A stretch of 64,000 nt of DNA, from contig NC_083227.1 in NCBI RefSeq assembly GCF_032191835.1, forward strand, positions 113,274,001 through 113,338,000, given 5' to 3'. The notes under the pieces were generated by a model. The model saw only the letters and a list, made by a program, of their open reading frames with translations. It did not search any database and was not told the DNA's origin. The DNA is from Heteronotia binoei (taxonomy: Eukaryota). Shown in pieces: positions 47,955-60,993 of this stretch; within the stretch, counting starts at the first letter, position 1, and every line of letters begins with the position of its first letter. Made by a program: the position numbers and the translations under genes.

Positions 47955-48568
47955 TTATATTGGGTAAAAATTTAAAGACTTGCTGGTAGAAGGAATTTGG
48001 TATTATGTTTTGAGGTAGAAATGTAACAAATATATTTGCTGCTATTCTCTGTTCTTTTTTTGTTTTTCTATCTTGTACCTCCCCCTTTTATTTTTGCTTC
48101 TGTAACCCCACATTATTCTCTCTTTTTATACCTAAACGTAATAAAAAATTTGAAACTGCAACAAATAAAAACTGTTAAAAATTACCATAAGACAAATGTA
48201 CAGCTTTAATAACATGCATTATTATTTTGACAGGCTGTCCCAATAGAACCTGGATGCTTTGAGTCTACACTCAGGCTGATTTCAATCAGGGATGATATTC
48301 TGTATAATGTCATATATAGCCATTTTATGCTGTGGTTGCATGTGATTGGTCTGACTGTAGATTTTTAACTCTTTTTATAAACCCTGGCCTCCACTGAGAG
48401 CCCTGATTACACACCTCTGCATTCAATCCTGAGAGTGTTTACAATACAAGAGTCTCCCTGGGGGATTTTCCTCCAGTGTTACCTGCAGTGCCAGCTGTAG
48501 TGCCCCCCATGGGGACTAACATTGAAGGTGAGGTGTTTGCATTACATCCTAGAATCTCCAGCCTATTC

Positions 48569-49595
48569 AGATTTGCAGAGCCAGCGCGTCCGTGAGGCAA
48601 GATTCGGCAGTTGCCTTGGGCGCCGGCTCTTGGGAGCACGTTATTTCTGGGGGCACAGGGGTTGGAAGAACTCTCCCAGTCCTTGCGTGCCCAGAAACAA
48701 CGTGGCGCCTATCAGTCCTGGGGCACTCTCCGAAGGCAGGGAGCCTGGGGACTGTTACCTCGTAGAGTTCTTCTGAAGCCATGCTGAGGCGCCCGCCCGG
48801 CTGCCTGCCTCTCAAGGTGGACTTGGGTCCTGGTTTGGAGATACTTTTTGTTTCAGCTGGTGTCTGGTGTGGTCTTTCCTTTTTCTCCTTGCCTGGCCAC
48901 TGCTTCTCCTCCTCCCCCTCGGGGTGTCTTCCCCCCCCCCACTCTAAAGGGCTCCTCTTTCCCCCTCTGGCCAAATACGTGTCTTTAGTACTGGTGGTGC
49001 CTCTGCCGCCCTCCACTGCTGCTACTGCTGCTGCTGGTAGTGCTTCTGTGCAGAGCAAGCTGTGTGATGGGACTCGTTGGCTCACTCACACTCACTCTCG
49101 CACACTTTGCTCATGAGGCGCTGCGGGGGGGGGTCGGAGGGAGGAGAGGGGGCGGCTGCAGCAGCAGCGATGATAACTCCACACACCCACTGCTGCTGCC
49201 ACCAGCACCACCATCCCTCGCTCTGGCGCCTCACTTGCCTCACATACTGGCTCCCCCTCTAACCTTGCTAATCAAGCACCAAGAGAGCACCACATGGCTC
49301 TGCTCCAGCCTTGCCTAGTGCCATCCTCTTCCTTCTCTGTCCCCTCCCCTTCTTTGATCACCCATTGTCTCCTCAACTTGGAGAGTGCCCACGACTGAAA
49401 GGCGCCGTGTTGTTTCTAGGCATGCAGGGGCTGGGAAAGTTCTGGCCCCTGCGCGCCCAGAACAGCACATAATGATGTCATCATGTGACATCATCATGCC
49501 ACGCGTGTGCGGTGGGATTACTGGGGTGGCTGGGTTGGGCGCACGTCAGGATTCTGCCTCAGATGACAGAACCCCACACGCCAGCCCTGCAGATT
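48569..49595. mobile_element. ~1-kb foldback-like non-autonomous element with long internal inverted repeats
   Basis: 48645..48731 is the imperfect reverse complement of 49380..49465 (e.g. CAGAAACAACGTGGCGCCTATCAGTCCTGGGGCACTCTCC versus GGAGAGTGCCCACGACTGAAAGGCGCCGTGTTGTTTCTAG), with weaker outer IR similarity. Boundaries are approximate and no TSD was identified. Confidence 0.55.
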
Positions 49596-49665
49596 TGCTT
49601 ATTCATATTTACAGCACTGCATTAGATCAGGGCCCACTAATATCCTCCAGGCAATAGTCAAAACA

Positions 49666-50310
49666 TCATAAGAACATAAGAGTCCTGCTGGGACAGGCCA
49701 GTTCATCTAATCCAGCATCCTGTCTCACACAGTGGTCAACCAGTTCCTCTGGACAGTTAACACCAGGGCATAGAGACCAAGGCCTTCCCCTGATGTCACC
49801 TCCTGGCTCTGGAATTCAGAGACTATAAGCCTCTGAATGTGGAGGTTTCTCTCAGCCACCATGGCTAGTAGCCATGGATAAGACTTATCCTTCGTGACTC
49901 TATCTAATCCCCTTTTAAAGCTGTTTATTCCAGTGGCTATCACTGCATCCTTGCAGTGAATTCCACATTTTAATCACTCTGTGTAAAGTAGTATTTCCTT
50001 TTGTCCTAAACCTACTGCCTATCAGTTTCATTGGATGCCCTCAAGTTCTAGTGTTTTGGGAGTGGGACAAAAACTTCTCTTTGTCAACTTCCATCCCATG
50101 CATAATGTTACAAACCTCTCCCATGTCCCCCCTTAGTCGTCTCTTTTCTAAACTGACTCTTCAGCCTTTGCTCATAGGGAACGTGCTCCAATCCCCTAAT
50201 CATCTAGGTTACCCTCCTCTGTTCTTTTCCCAGCTCTGCAATACCCTTTTGGAGATACAGTGACGAGTACCGTACAGTATTCCAAATGAGGCCGCACTGT
50301 AGATCTGTAT
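49666..50310 (-). mobile_element. CR1-like LINE 3' fragment
   Basis: CATAAGAACATAAG terminal microsatellite (TTCTTATG on the element strand) followed by CR1-like RT-tail sequence (...CAGTATTCCAAATGAGGCCGCACTGTAGATCTGTAT). A short same-family 3' end lies on + at about 23668-23740. Confidence 0.65.
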
Positions 50311-51291
50311 GACAATCTAGACACCTCATGGACAATCAGCCAATTCAGACTCCTCGTGGATGGCCAGACTGTATAATACAGTTGATATTAAAGAGCTGTG
50401 TAAGCAGGGGTCCTGAGGAATTAATGTATTTCTCAAGAGGCAGAGTGGCTGTCATCCTCTACTTTTTCAGCAAATGTATTCAGCACCAATACAATAATAT
50501 TTATGTAAAATGAATATGGGGATTCATTGTAAGCAAAACTGTAGATTTGGATACCACTTTATCCTGGTACAAGAAGACTTCCCCTCACATAGAAGGTTTT
50601 TCTGCCAGCAAAAGAGTGGATCTAACCCTAAGAGGTCTGTTCTGGACCACAATGATTAAAATGTGATAGGAGTACAAAGAACCAGGTAAAACTGCATCAG
50701 GGATCAAGACCAGCTAAACTGGTTTTGGTAGTTATTAAGCTATGCATTATATCAAACAGATAGGCTGGATATCACATCTATGACTATTTGGACTAGGCTC
50801 CACACACACACAATGGTCCTTTCATTTTCCAGTCAGGATTTTAACAGGTTTTAATTATTATTGGTATCATATCCCTATTGCCTCATTGCTGCAAATGGTG
50901 TTATTATTAGGAACATATTTTTCTGGTGACTCGAGGGACCCTTCTATGAAGGTTCCACTATTCTGTGCTGAAGCCCAGACACAGAGTGTCCCCATCAACC
51001 TCTTGCCTTCTTGCTCCTTCTCTTTATACTGCTTTTCTGAAACATGCCCTGTTACCTTGCTTGCAGTTGTTCAGCTCCTGCCTATGGAGACTCCTTGCTT
51101 TGGATGCCAGTAAATTTATTTGGCTTCAGCTTCTGATGCTCAAGGTTCCTTTTCCTGAAACCAGAGTTTTTCCCTGAGAACCTTGTGCCCCTGCCTTGGC
51201 CATTTTATAGAGCCCTGGGCTGTAGGTGTGGGGCTTTGCTCTCAAAGCGAGGGAGTCTCTCTTCCAAACCCCATTTTGAGCTGTGGTTTTG

Positions 51292-51305
51292 GTTTCCATA
51301 GTGAC
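51292..51305. promoter_or_regulatory. Consensus RFX X-box ~190 bp upstream of the RGS14 ATG
   Basis: GTTTCCATAGTGAC fits the imperfect-palindrome X-box consensus and lies in a GC/CpG-richer segment before exon 1. Motif match only. Confidence 0.5.
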
Positions 51306-51486
51306 ACTTCCTGTGGTAGAGAAAAGAGGTAGTGAGTGCAGCGCTGTGAGCGTGGCAGGCGGCTGCACTCCTTCTTTCTCTCTCTACCGGGGATGCTCTG
51401 AGGGCTCAGCTGCAGCCTCAGGGAGGGGCTCCTCCTGGGCTGATGGTCCTGAGTTTAAGGGACTACCTGTGACAGCAGTACGAGGC

Positions 51487-54400
51487 ATGCTGGGAAAACC
51501 CAAACACCTGGGTGTCCAAAATGGCCGAATGGTGAGTGAGCACCCTGCTACTGGGGGTGGGGGGATGGAAGGGCCAGAGGCCACAGGAGACTCTGAGGCA
51601 GTTAGAAAACAAGCTTCTCTGTGTTTCCTGTAACCCTAGTAAAGGATGCTCCAACAAAGCTTCTATGATCTTGGCATTTGAAGGTGAGGCTGTTGCCTCT
51701 CCAAGAAAGCTGGATTCACTACCTTTCTCTTGGCAGCGCCTTTGGGCCAGCTGCAACTTTTAGGGTGTCTTTTGTTTGGAAGGGTTACTGAGATCCACAG
51801 AGTTACAGGGGAAGCACTAACAGTAAAATTTCTACAGTTGAGACTGCAATATGACAGAAAGATCACTTTCTTTTCAGCTTGTATTTAATCTGTTTGTCCC
51901 ACCCTATTTGTTGTAACTTGTAGAAGTACAAGCCCATTGTAAATGGTCTGTGTAACAAAGCAAGAGGTCTGTGTAGTGTCCTAGAGGTACTTACTTCCCT
52001 TGTGCAGAATTTTTTTTTTAAGTAGCATTGGATATGAGTAGTCCTGTGACCTACAGAATCATAGTGCTTTTTAGAAATTTCCAGTTTGCACTGAAGTGCA
52101 CCATTGCGAGCACAGAGACAGTGCTGGCATTTGAAGCCTCTGATGTCACATTGCACAACTAAGCATGACTGGAAGCCACAAAAGGCAAGAAAGGGCTGTA
52201 ATCACATTAGATGGGTTGACCGAACTGTGTGTGGGAGTCTCACATGGTGAGCAAAACAAAAGCAAGAGGTGGGGGAAGTGGTAGAATTTGTTTGAGGAAT
52301 CCTGCTGTGGAATAGCAGGGCTCTGCAGGTATAAGTGGGGGAAAATACTGACAGCCAAGCTCAGAAGCTCAATTAGTTGCTTGGAAAGTAAGCATGGCCT
52401 TTTGTTGTGCCAAGTGGGAAGGAAGACAACCCCAGTATGTGGTAGCAGTTGCAGAATCTTTCAGAGATATCTCAGATCTGGTCTGTGAATACATTTCTTT
52501 TGACACACAGAATCCTGTAACCCTGTCCTGATCATAATAGAATTTTCAGATAGGCACCTTGGGACCATGTATGTTGTAAGTTTCCCCTAACATGTAGCAT
52601 TAGATCAGATTCATCCTCACTAAGGTAAAGCCAGCTGTGAGTCTTGGGGGGGGGGGGGGAGGACGGCTGCTCATGAGCCAATTTGCAGAGGACAAAGCTA
52701 TCATGCATATTCCACCACATGGAAACTGTAGCATTAGGACTTAGAACATGTCATTTTGGAGGTATGGGCTAATGATACCACTTACCTTATCACATTGCCA
52801 ATATGTGATTTGTCTGAGTAAATTATAGCAGTTTGGTAGGGTTTCTATGTAACATCTGAATGGTCCTTGTGATGGGGCTCCAGGCTCCTGATTCCTGGCT
52901 GTGGTTTTTTGGTACTACAATTATATACAGAGAAATCTTATGGCTATCACTGACCCTGGTTCAAACCACCAGACGTGGGCCTGGAAACACTGGCTAAGCA
53001 AAGTCTGCACCTTCCTTTCAGTAAAAACAGCAGCATACAGCCAGTGACCATATTCTTGTCAAAGGCATCAGAGCTTCCTCCTCACACCATCTTGTGTTAC
53101 TTGCAGGTGGTTTTGATTATACAAAATTGCCATAGTAGCATATAGGTGTGGGGTAAGGCTGTTCTGAGGCTCCTGTGAAAGGAGATAGTTGGCCTATATC
53201 TATGCAGGAGGAAATATTCTGTGAAGGTTTTTAACACAGAAACAGGAACCCCTGCCAGTCAGTGTGGTAAAGTGGTTAGAATCTTGGGGAGACCCAAGTT
53301 CAAATCCCCATACTTCCATGAAGCTTGCTGTAGGATTGCCAGCCTCCAAGTAGGGCCCAAAACTCTTCTGTTATTCCAAGCATTTCCTCACCCAGAGCCA
53401 GCAACCCTACTTCACTGAGACCCTGGAACGGTTATATTCTCTCAGTCTACAAGGTGGGGCCTGGAGTTCTTCTGCTTTTACAACTGATCTCTAGCTGGCA
53501 GAGATCAACTCCCCTGGAGAAAATGGCAGTTTTGAAGGATGGACTCTATGGCACTGTACCATGCTGAGGCTCCTCCTCTCCCCAAAACCTGCCCCCTCCT
53601 GGATCTACCCCCAGAGTCTCCAGGTGCTTTTCAACGCAGACCTGACAACCCTACAGTCTACTCTATTTCACTGAGTACTGGAAAGGTTAAATGTGGAGGG
53701 AAAATTATACACAGCACTCTGGGAAGGAATGGGGGGATAAAAATGTAGTATCTATCTTTCTCAGGACTGCTTCTGCTTGGATTCCTCTTCTTCACCTCAA
53801 AGAATCTTTTGATCATGCTCCTCCTTCTCTTACAGGGCCTGGCTGTATCGGATGGGGGTAAGTTGAACCTTTGTGTTGGAGAGTGATGTTGGAAACTTGG
53901 GATCAAAGGCCTGAAGTGTCTTTGCTCCTTATGAGGATGCATGGACTTGTGAGAAGGTCGGCAGACTCATTAAAGAAGAGAAGAGAAATATTCATCAATA
54001 ATTTGGCACTATGGGCCACATAAAATTCTTGCTGCTAAGTGTAAAACAATTTTGGCCATAGTGTCCCAGGAGGCTGGATTTGACTGGGAACTCAGGTCAT
54101 CATAGGTCAGCCATTTCCAGGCCCAAGACCTTTAAACAGAAGCCTTGGCCATTGTCAAACTGGGCTGACTCTGCTGGGTAATTCCTCGCAAGTGTGGTTT
54201 TTGTTGGTGTAAGGAGCATAGAGTGTGCTGTCTCATGAACTGTAATTGTCCATGTGAAGCATCTGAAATATCTCTCTGTATCATAGAGTTAAACAGTTTT
54301 GAGAGCCGGGGCAGCAATAACAGTGTGGCCAGCTTACCAACTAACCAGAGTGCCACCCATTCCTTGGGACAATCAGTAGTCCGCTGGGCTGAATCCTTTG

Positions 54401-57400
54401 AGACACTGCTACAAGACCGGCTTGGAGTTGCCTACTTCACAGTAAGTTCCAATGCCTTGCTTTTGTCTGTTTTGGTCTGCCTCTACATGCTCTGTGTCTT
54501 TTATTCTATTTCTTTCTTGATGTCCTCTTTTTCTGCTGTACCACATACACAGGACCTGTTTAGTCCCTGATTACTGCTGTCTGATTGGAATCATCCCATT
54601 CCCATCTCTTCACTTTCAGGCTCTTCTCATCTTGGCTAGATGTTTATGTTGTTTATGTTTAATTCGATTTATACCCCGCCCTCCCCACCGAGATGGCAAC
54701 CTGTTCTCTGCTCTTTCTGGGCTTCTCCAGATACATATTTCTGTAAAATGTTCTATCAAGCCTGTGTTGGCTACATTGCTAGGGTTACTGTGCACTGTTA
54801 GGAAAGATATTAACTAAATCTAGTTTAATGCTACATGGATTCTTTGATTCTGTCTTGGCCATCACAGAAGGTTTCTGGATTAGAGGTGGACAATTATCAT
54901 TCTGATCTTTCTTTTTCCAGGAATTCCTGAAGAAGGAATTTAGCGCAGAGAATGTGTATTTCTGGCAGGCATGTGAACGGTTCCAACAGATCCCAGCTTG
55001 TAGCACCCAACAGGTACGAAGATTGCCTGGGGTAAAGGAAGCAGCAGAAATCCAAATTCTATATCGAGTGATTTCCAAAACCTGCACTCAGAATAAATTA
55101 TTTCACTGGTGAAGTTTAGGTCAGTTTGCTACTAATATGCACTGTCTATAATGAGGGCTAGAAACTCCTTTATAAAATGAAGACTGAGATTATCAGGAAG
55201 AAAAAAGATTCAGTACTGCTTGTAGCTAGCTCATTTGTGAAATTATGAGAATACTGACAGTCCTTGTGAGCAGAAGAGATGTGGACACACCAAGATGGAA
55301 GCCAGATTCTTTTGCAAGAAAACCTTATTTCTGATCCCCTCCTCATTTGTTTTAAACAAGCAAGGAGTTAACTTTTATTTAAGGTTTGAACATAACTTTG
55401 GAGAAAATCAGGTAAAGTTACAAAAAAAATTTCTGTTGTCATTATTGCTGCTTTTGCTATGAAAAGCACTGAAGTTTCACACCTGATGTAAGGAAATCCC
55501 ACTGATAAAAATGTTTTTATTGAGTATTGTCTATACACTTTCAGACCTATCTGCATAGTCATAAGATGCAGAAACCTTATTTTAAAATAAAGATTGAAGT
55601 CTCAGAATGATTAATTCTACACTCAAATTAACGCTAAAAACTTAGGCACCACCCTATGAGAGATAAAAACAACCAGGATTTCTTTCTCTTGCATCCTGCT
55701 CCAAGGGAGGCAATAAAGTAGAGTTGCCAACTCCAGCTTGGGAAATTCATGGAGATTTGGGGGCAGAGCCTGGGGAGGATAGAGTGTGGGGAGGGGAAGG
55801 AGCTCAGTGGGAATGTGATACTAGACAGTCTGCCTTCCAAAGCTACCATTTCCTCTGGGAAACTGATCTCTGTGGTCTGGAGTTCAGTCATAATTCTGAT
55901 AGAGGTCCTGGCCACAGCTGGAGGTTAGCAACTAACCATATAGCACAGATAGCAGCAGTGCTGGGTACTTTTTCTGCTTCTCTAAGGTAAGACCAGACTG
56001 GTAATAGCTTCAGTGTCTGACTCTCATCCCACATCCTTTCTCCATAGTTGACCCAGGAGGCTAGGAGGATCTATGATGAATTCCTGTCAAGTCATTCAGT
56101 AAGCCCAGTAAATATTGACAGACAGGCCTGGATTGGTGAAGAGATGTTGGCTGCACCCACCCCTGACATGTTTCATGTCCAACAGCTCCAGGTGAGAACT
56201 ACCTCCCCTAGACCTTGGAGTATGTGAGGAAATGACATGGTAGGAGCCAGGGACTCTTATCTGTTCCTCCGCTCTAATTTGAAGTATGTTGCTTTGGTAC
56301 TGTAACTATCTCTACTGTTCACTTTTTGATAAGGCTGCCCTAGGAGCTGATAACAAGGGAGGGCTGCATGCAAGAGGACCCAGGATAGCGCTAACTCAGT
56401 GTTTCTTCCTTCAGATCTTCAACCTGATGAAGTTTGATAGCTATGCACGATTTGTCAAATCTCCTTTGTACCAGGCATGTGCAAGGGCTGAAAGTCAGGG
56501 ACAGCCTTTGCCAGAGTTGAGGCCCCACTCTCGGAGCGGCAGCCCCCCATCTGATCATGGAAAGGTAGAGAGAATCATGTGGCATTTAGAGAATTTAAGG
56601 GATATCATTTCACTTGTCCTCCTAATCGTGTCCAGTATGTTCTTAGCTGATGTTCTCTGACTTTTCCCTAGAAAACAAAACTAAAGCCTGGGAAATCACT
56701 ACCACTGGGTGTGGAGGTGGCTGGCAACTTGGGCAGTAGGAGTCCTAGGAGATCCTTCCGAAAACCAGATCATAGGGAACGACCCTGGGGAGGTGAGTCA
56801 AATGCTGAAAGATGGGGGGATAGAACCATTGTTTAGTTTATTTAGGGGCATATGTGGATAAGAATTGCTTTATGGTTAAGGGTCCTGTGCCCTCTTAAGT
56901 ACCTGATCTAGCCTGTGATTGTCTGTCCTACCAGAGGAGAGAAACGGGAGTGAGGGGCCATCTCTTTGGCGTGAATCTCAAGGCTCTTTGAATTCCTCTG
57001 CAAGCCTGGACCTGGGTTTCCTGTCATCTTGTGCAACCAGCAGCTCCCAGACAGAGGTGAGTGCTTCTGGGATGCAGGCCCTCCCTAAAGCAGCAACAGA
57101 TGAAACAAGAGAATTAGTGCAAATAAAGAAACACATTTTAAAATGCTCCCTACATTCATTTCTTAAAAAAAAAATATCTGCAAATGTGAGCACAACAGGG
57201 AATAAGATGGGCTTTCTATGTACTTTGATTGCTTTTTATATATTTGAGACGTTATTACTGGGGGAGTGTTCAAAAATGGCATCCCTCCACTTACATTCTG
57301 AAGTGCATTCTACTACCCCATTCCACTGCCTCTCCATACAGGCCATACTTTAGCCTGGAGACCTTGGGTTAAAAATGCGCTGATGGGTATCCTACTCATT

Positions 57401-59008
57401 TGGTCAGACTCCCTTCATTAGTGTGGGTGCATGACTCTTGCCTAATGTTATGTCGTGACTGTCACCACAGGCCCTGCCCAGCCCACCCCCCCTTCAAGGC
57501 TATAATGGGCTATGACTGTGCAGTGTGGAGGAGTTCTCCACAATATGAAATTCTGTTACTGCTACTGAGGCAGCTTCAGTATTTCACTGAAAAAACTTTG
57601 CTTACAGCCATACACATTTCCAGCTTCTGGAAACACAGTCTGTTCTCCTGAATACAAACTCCAAAAAAGCAAGAATTGAGAATGAAATAGATCAGGAAGA
57701 GACTCCTGGAGAGCTGAAAGTGCATATGTGTTTCGTATGTGTGTATGTGTGTGCATGTAAGTGTTTGAATACAATAGGATTGCCACATCTGCATAATAGG
57801 GGTTATTTAAGACTGCCTCAAGGCCTTTTCTAGTGAAACCTGCTTCTTGGGAACAAAGAGGCATGTTCTTTTGTGGCCATGTTTCTTTCTGAAGGCAATG
57901 TGTGTGCATGTGCTGGTGGCATGCACACAGCGTTTACTTTTGGAATGGCGAATTGGATCCTTTTGATTTGAGAATAAATGCCAGAAAATGACGTGTGTGT
58001 TAATTTGTGGCATGCATGTAAAAGAACTGAGCACTGTATTGACATCATCAAATGCAGACCCAGGGAAGAATCTATTAATAGGGCTGCCCACAGAGAGTGG
58101 GAACGCATGGAGATACCAACAAGGAATGTTAATTCTGATTATGTAATATACAGGACTTGGAACTGATCTACATGTTACGCATAATGAGTTGGTAGTTTGA
58201 AGTGGTAAAATTCTGGACTATACTATTTCAGTCCAAGTGTGAAGCGGGAGTACTATATTTGGATACTATATTTGGATCATCTCCTCCAAGGAAAGGAAAG
58301 GTCCCCTGTGCAAGCACCAGTCATTTCCGACTCTGGGGTGACGTTGCTTTCACAACGTTTTCACAGCAGACTTTTTACAGAGTGGTTTGCCATTGCCTTC
58401 CCCAGTCATCTACACTTTTCCCCCAGCAATCTCCTCCAACAAGCTCCCTATCTAGAAGATACTACAATTAAATGGATAGGGAATGGGTTCAGAACAGACA
58501 GAAGAATGTACTGGAGAAAATGGTTGCTGGAGAGTGGACTCTATAGTGTTATACTCCATTGAGGTCCTGCTGGCTTCCCTAATCCCACCCTCCTCAGGTT
58601 CCTCCTTTAAATCTCCAGAAATTTCTCAACCCATAGCCAGCAGCCCTAGCAGACACGACAAAAACATATTATGTATTATTAGACTATTATGTATTAGAGA
58701 TCCATAGTTGTAGGAAATCATACAACTCTGAGATTTTAATCTGGGGATCTAAGCAGCTCAGTGTGTTTACAAATGATAGTAGTATATACTTCTCTTCTCT
58801 CTAGACCCACAGGAAGAGCCTGACTGGTCCAGAATCTGACAATCAGAACCAGCCTATCAAATACTGTTGTATTTATCTGCCTGATGGGACTGCTTCTCTG
58901 GTCCCTGTGCGTCCTGGCCTCTCCATCCAGGACATGTTGTCTGGAATTTGCCAACGGCGTGGCTTCCACTTGCCTGATATCAAGATTTATCTTGTAGGGA
59001 ATGAGAAG
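51487..59008 (+). CDS. RGS14: Regulator of G-protein signaling 14, coding exons 1-9 (RGS domain, linker, first RBD); 3' part not found in window
   Basis: join(51487..51531,53836..53857,54287..54441,54921..55013,56048..56191,56415..56564,56672..56792,56935..57056,58805..59008) = 352 codons, GT-AG, phases chain. [15 protein letters not shown]|GLAVSDGE...[12 protein letters not shown]...[19 protein letters not shown]...[13 protein letters not shown]...[17 protein letters not shown]...[14 protein letters not shown]... closely matches vertebrate RGS14. Head-to-head synteny with LMAN2. Confidence 0.96.
58291..58428 (-). mobile_element. Partial Sauria-type SINE in RGS14 intron 8
   Basis: Colinear with 22082..22230 (AAAGGTCCCCTGTGCAAGCACCAGTCATTTCCGACTCTGGGGTGACG...). 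Confidence 0.72.
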
Positions 59009-60201
59009 GTAGGCCAAACCTACAGAGAGGCCAAACCTCTGACAAATTCAGAGAGAGAGATCTGTAATTTCTTTTGTCTGGCAGACTTGGCATGGAATAA
59101 TTTTAGCTCAGTGGCTTCACACATGAGCTGTAAATTGGGAAGTCCCATGTTAGAATTTCACTGCAGCCACAGTCTATGCTTGCCCAGGCAGGGAGGAGGG
59201 TAACAATCTGGTTGGAAAGATATCTACTTGCTTAGGTGGAGGGTATCTGTTCTAGTTTACAGAGAATTGCTGATTTTTACAGACTTACACAGAGATCAGT
59301 TCCCTGAAGGAAATGGCAGCTTCAGGGGCAAACTGTTAACCTCCCTGTTCTCCATAAACACCCTTCCCAGGTCCTGCTTCCAAATCTCCAGGAATTTCCT
59401 GAGCTGAAGTCAGAGCTGGGTTTCTAGAACAATTGAAAGCCTTGCTAGGGCTGGGGGTATACAAAACCCAATGATTTGACTGTCCTCGAGGCTGGTTTTC
59501 ATTGGGAATAAATTTTCTAAAAACCCTTTCCAAAAAAGAAAAAAAAGACCCTTGTGTGACACCTTCCTAGTTCTGTGGGCTGGTTACATTTTTGCCCTAG
59601 GTATTGACTTCTGTACAGTGTGTGTGGGGGGGGGGGAGAGACCAGATGGTCTCAGACCCAGAAGAAACCCCACTTCTCACCTGCCCATAGTGGGTCATTG
59701 TTTAGCAGTGCTTAGGGAATGGACGCACATGCTAATCACAGTGCGACATTGGTACCGTACCGAAAATTTTTGTTCTGAGAGAGATCAGCAGTATTTGTCT
59801 CCTCCCTCCTCTAGACAGGTGCAGGAAGCCATAGATTCCGCTCACATGCAGGTCCCTTCTTTCCCCCAATGCTTGGTTTTGACCCAGAGAAGGCAAGGGG
59901 AGAGAAGCCTCCAGCTAGGCCTGAGATCTCCCTGGGTTAGATGAATTTATTTCGTGACAGATTCTCAAGGAAACCTGGATGAGAGAGTTGGTGTTGTATA
60001 TCAGGTGGGGAAACAGCTGGATTGGTGAGTGGCCACCAGGGATATGGATATGCAGTTTTAGGGCATTTTATTGCAGAATCATCTGTTCTGAAATGGTGGC
60101 CAAATTCCTGCTTCTTTTTGGGAAACAGCCAGAAAAACCCTAAACCCATAATCTCAGCCAGGTGGTTGCTCTAGTTGACATAACAGACTCATTGCACTGA
60201 T

Positions 60202-60400
60202 CAGGGCTTTTTTTGTAGAAAAAAACCAGCAGGAATTCATTTGCATATTAGGCCACACCCCCTGATATCACCACTGTTTCACATGGGGCTTTCTTGTAGA
60301 AAAAGCCCAGTAGGACCTCATTTGCATGTTAAACCATACCCCCTGACACCAAGCCAGCCGGAACTGCATTCCTGTGTGTTCCTGCTCAAAAAAAGGCCAG
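60202..60400. mobile_element. Second copy of the CAGGGCTTTTT hAT-type MITE
   Basis: Colinear with 5096..5296; degenerate right TIR; 8-bp TSD GCACTGAT/GCACAGAT (7/8). Confidence 0.72.
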
Positions 60401-60430
60401 GCACAGATCAGTGAAAGCCATAACATTTTT

Positions 60431-60697
60431 AGAAGAAGATGAAGATACTGGATTTATATCCTGCCCTCCACTTTGAATCTCAGAGCAGCTCACAATCTCC
60501 TTTACCTTCCTTTCCCACAACAGGCACCCTGTGTGGTGGGTGGGGCTGAGAGGACTCTCACAGCAGCTGCCCTTTCAAGGACACCTCTGCCAGAGTTATG
60601 TCTGACCCAAAGCCATTCCAGCAGGTGCAAGTGGACGAGTGCGGAATCAAACCCGATTCTCACAGATAACAGTCCGCACACTTAACCACTACACCAC
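60431..60697 (-). mobile_element. tRNA-derived SINE
   Basis: Reverse strand begins with box-A-like GGTGTAGTGGTTAAGTGTGCG, has a box-B-like segment, and ends in a (CTT)n tail. Related copies on + at about 62641-62885 and partial copies at about 6225-6350, 6690-6880, 19890-20085 and 23530-23850. Confidence 0.6.
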
Positions 60698-60993
60698 ATT
60701 GACTCTCAATTTTACTCCTGTATTTGCCAGTAGATTAGCCCATCTGATGGCTAAACTCAGTACTTAAAGGTCAACCTGGTTTTCTGCTCAAAGGGAAAAT
60801 CCCTGCCACCCAAATGCCCTGCTACTTTCACTTTCCATTGTGTCCCCATCAGTTTGGGGATAGCCTTGCCAAGCTGCAAAGTTTGGTTCGACCTGGCTCT
60901 TCTGCTTCAGGAATGTAGTTGAGTGCCAGCACAGCCAGTTAACTGACCCGCCCCACCCCCATGGGGGCTCCACTCAGCACCCCGGCCACTCAG

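Larger units (their letters stand above)
42550..48159 (+). mobile_element. ~2.1-kb non-autonomous non-LTR retroelement (host of the nest), no RT coding visible
   Basis: Flanked by a 17-bp TSD AACAAATAAAAA(T/C)TGTT (42533-42549 / 48160-48176, 1 mismatch) preceded by TT. CpG-rich 5' end starts GACTTCCGG; AATAAA at 48140-48145 near the 3' end. Removing the two nested insertions leaves about 2066 bp. Confidence 0.7.

Noticed and set aside
60660-60697. tRNA gene suggested by box A/B-like motifs
   Set aside because: These are SINE heads; no complete cloverleaf, and they run into SINE body sequence.
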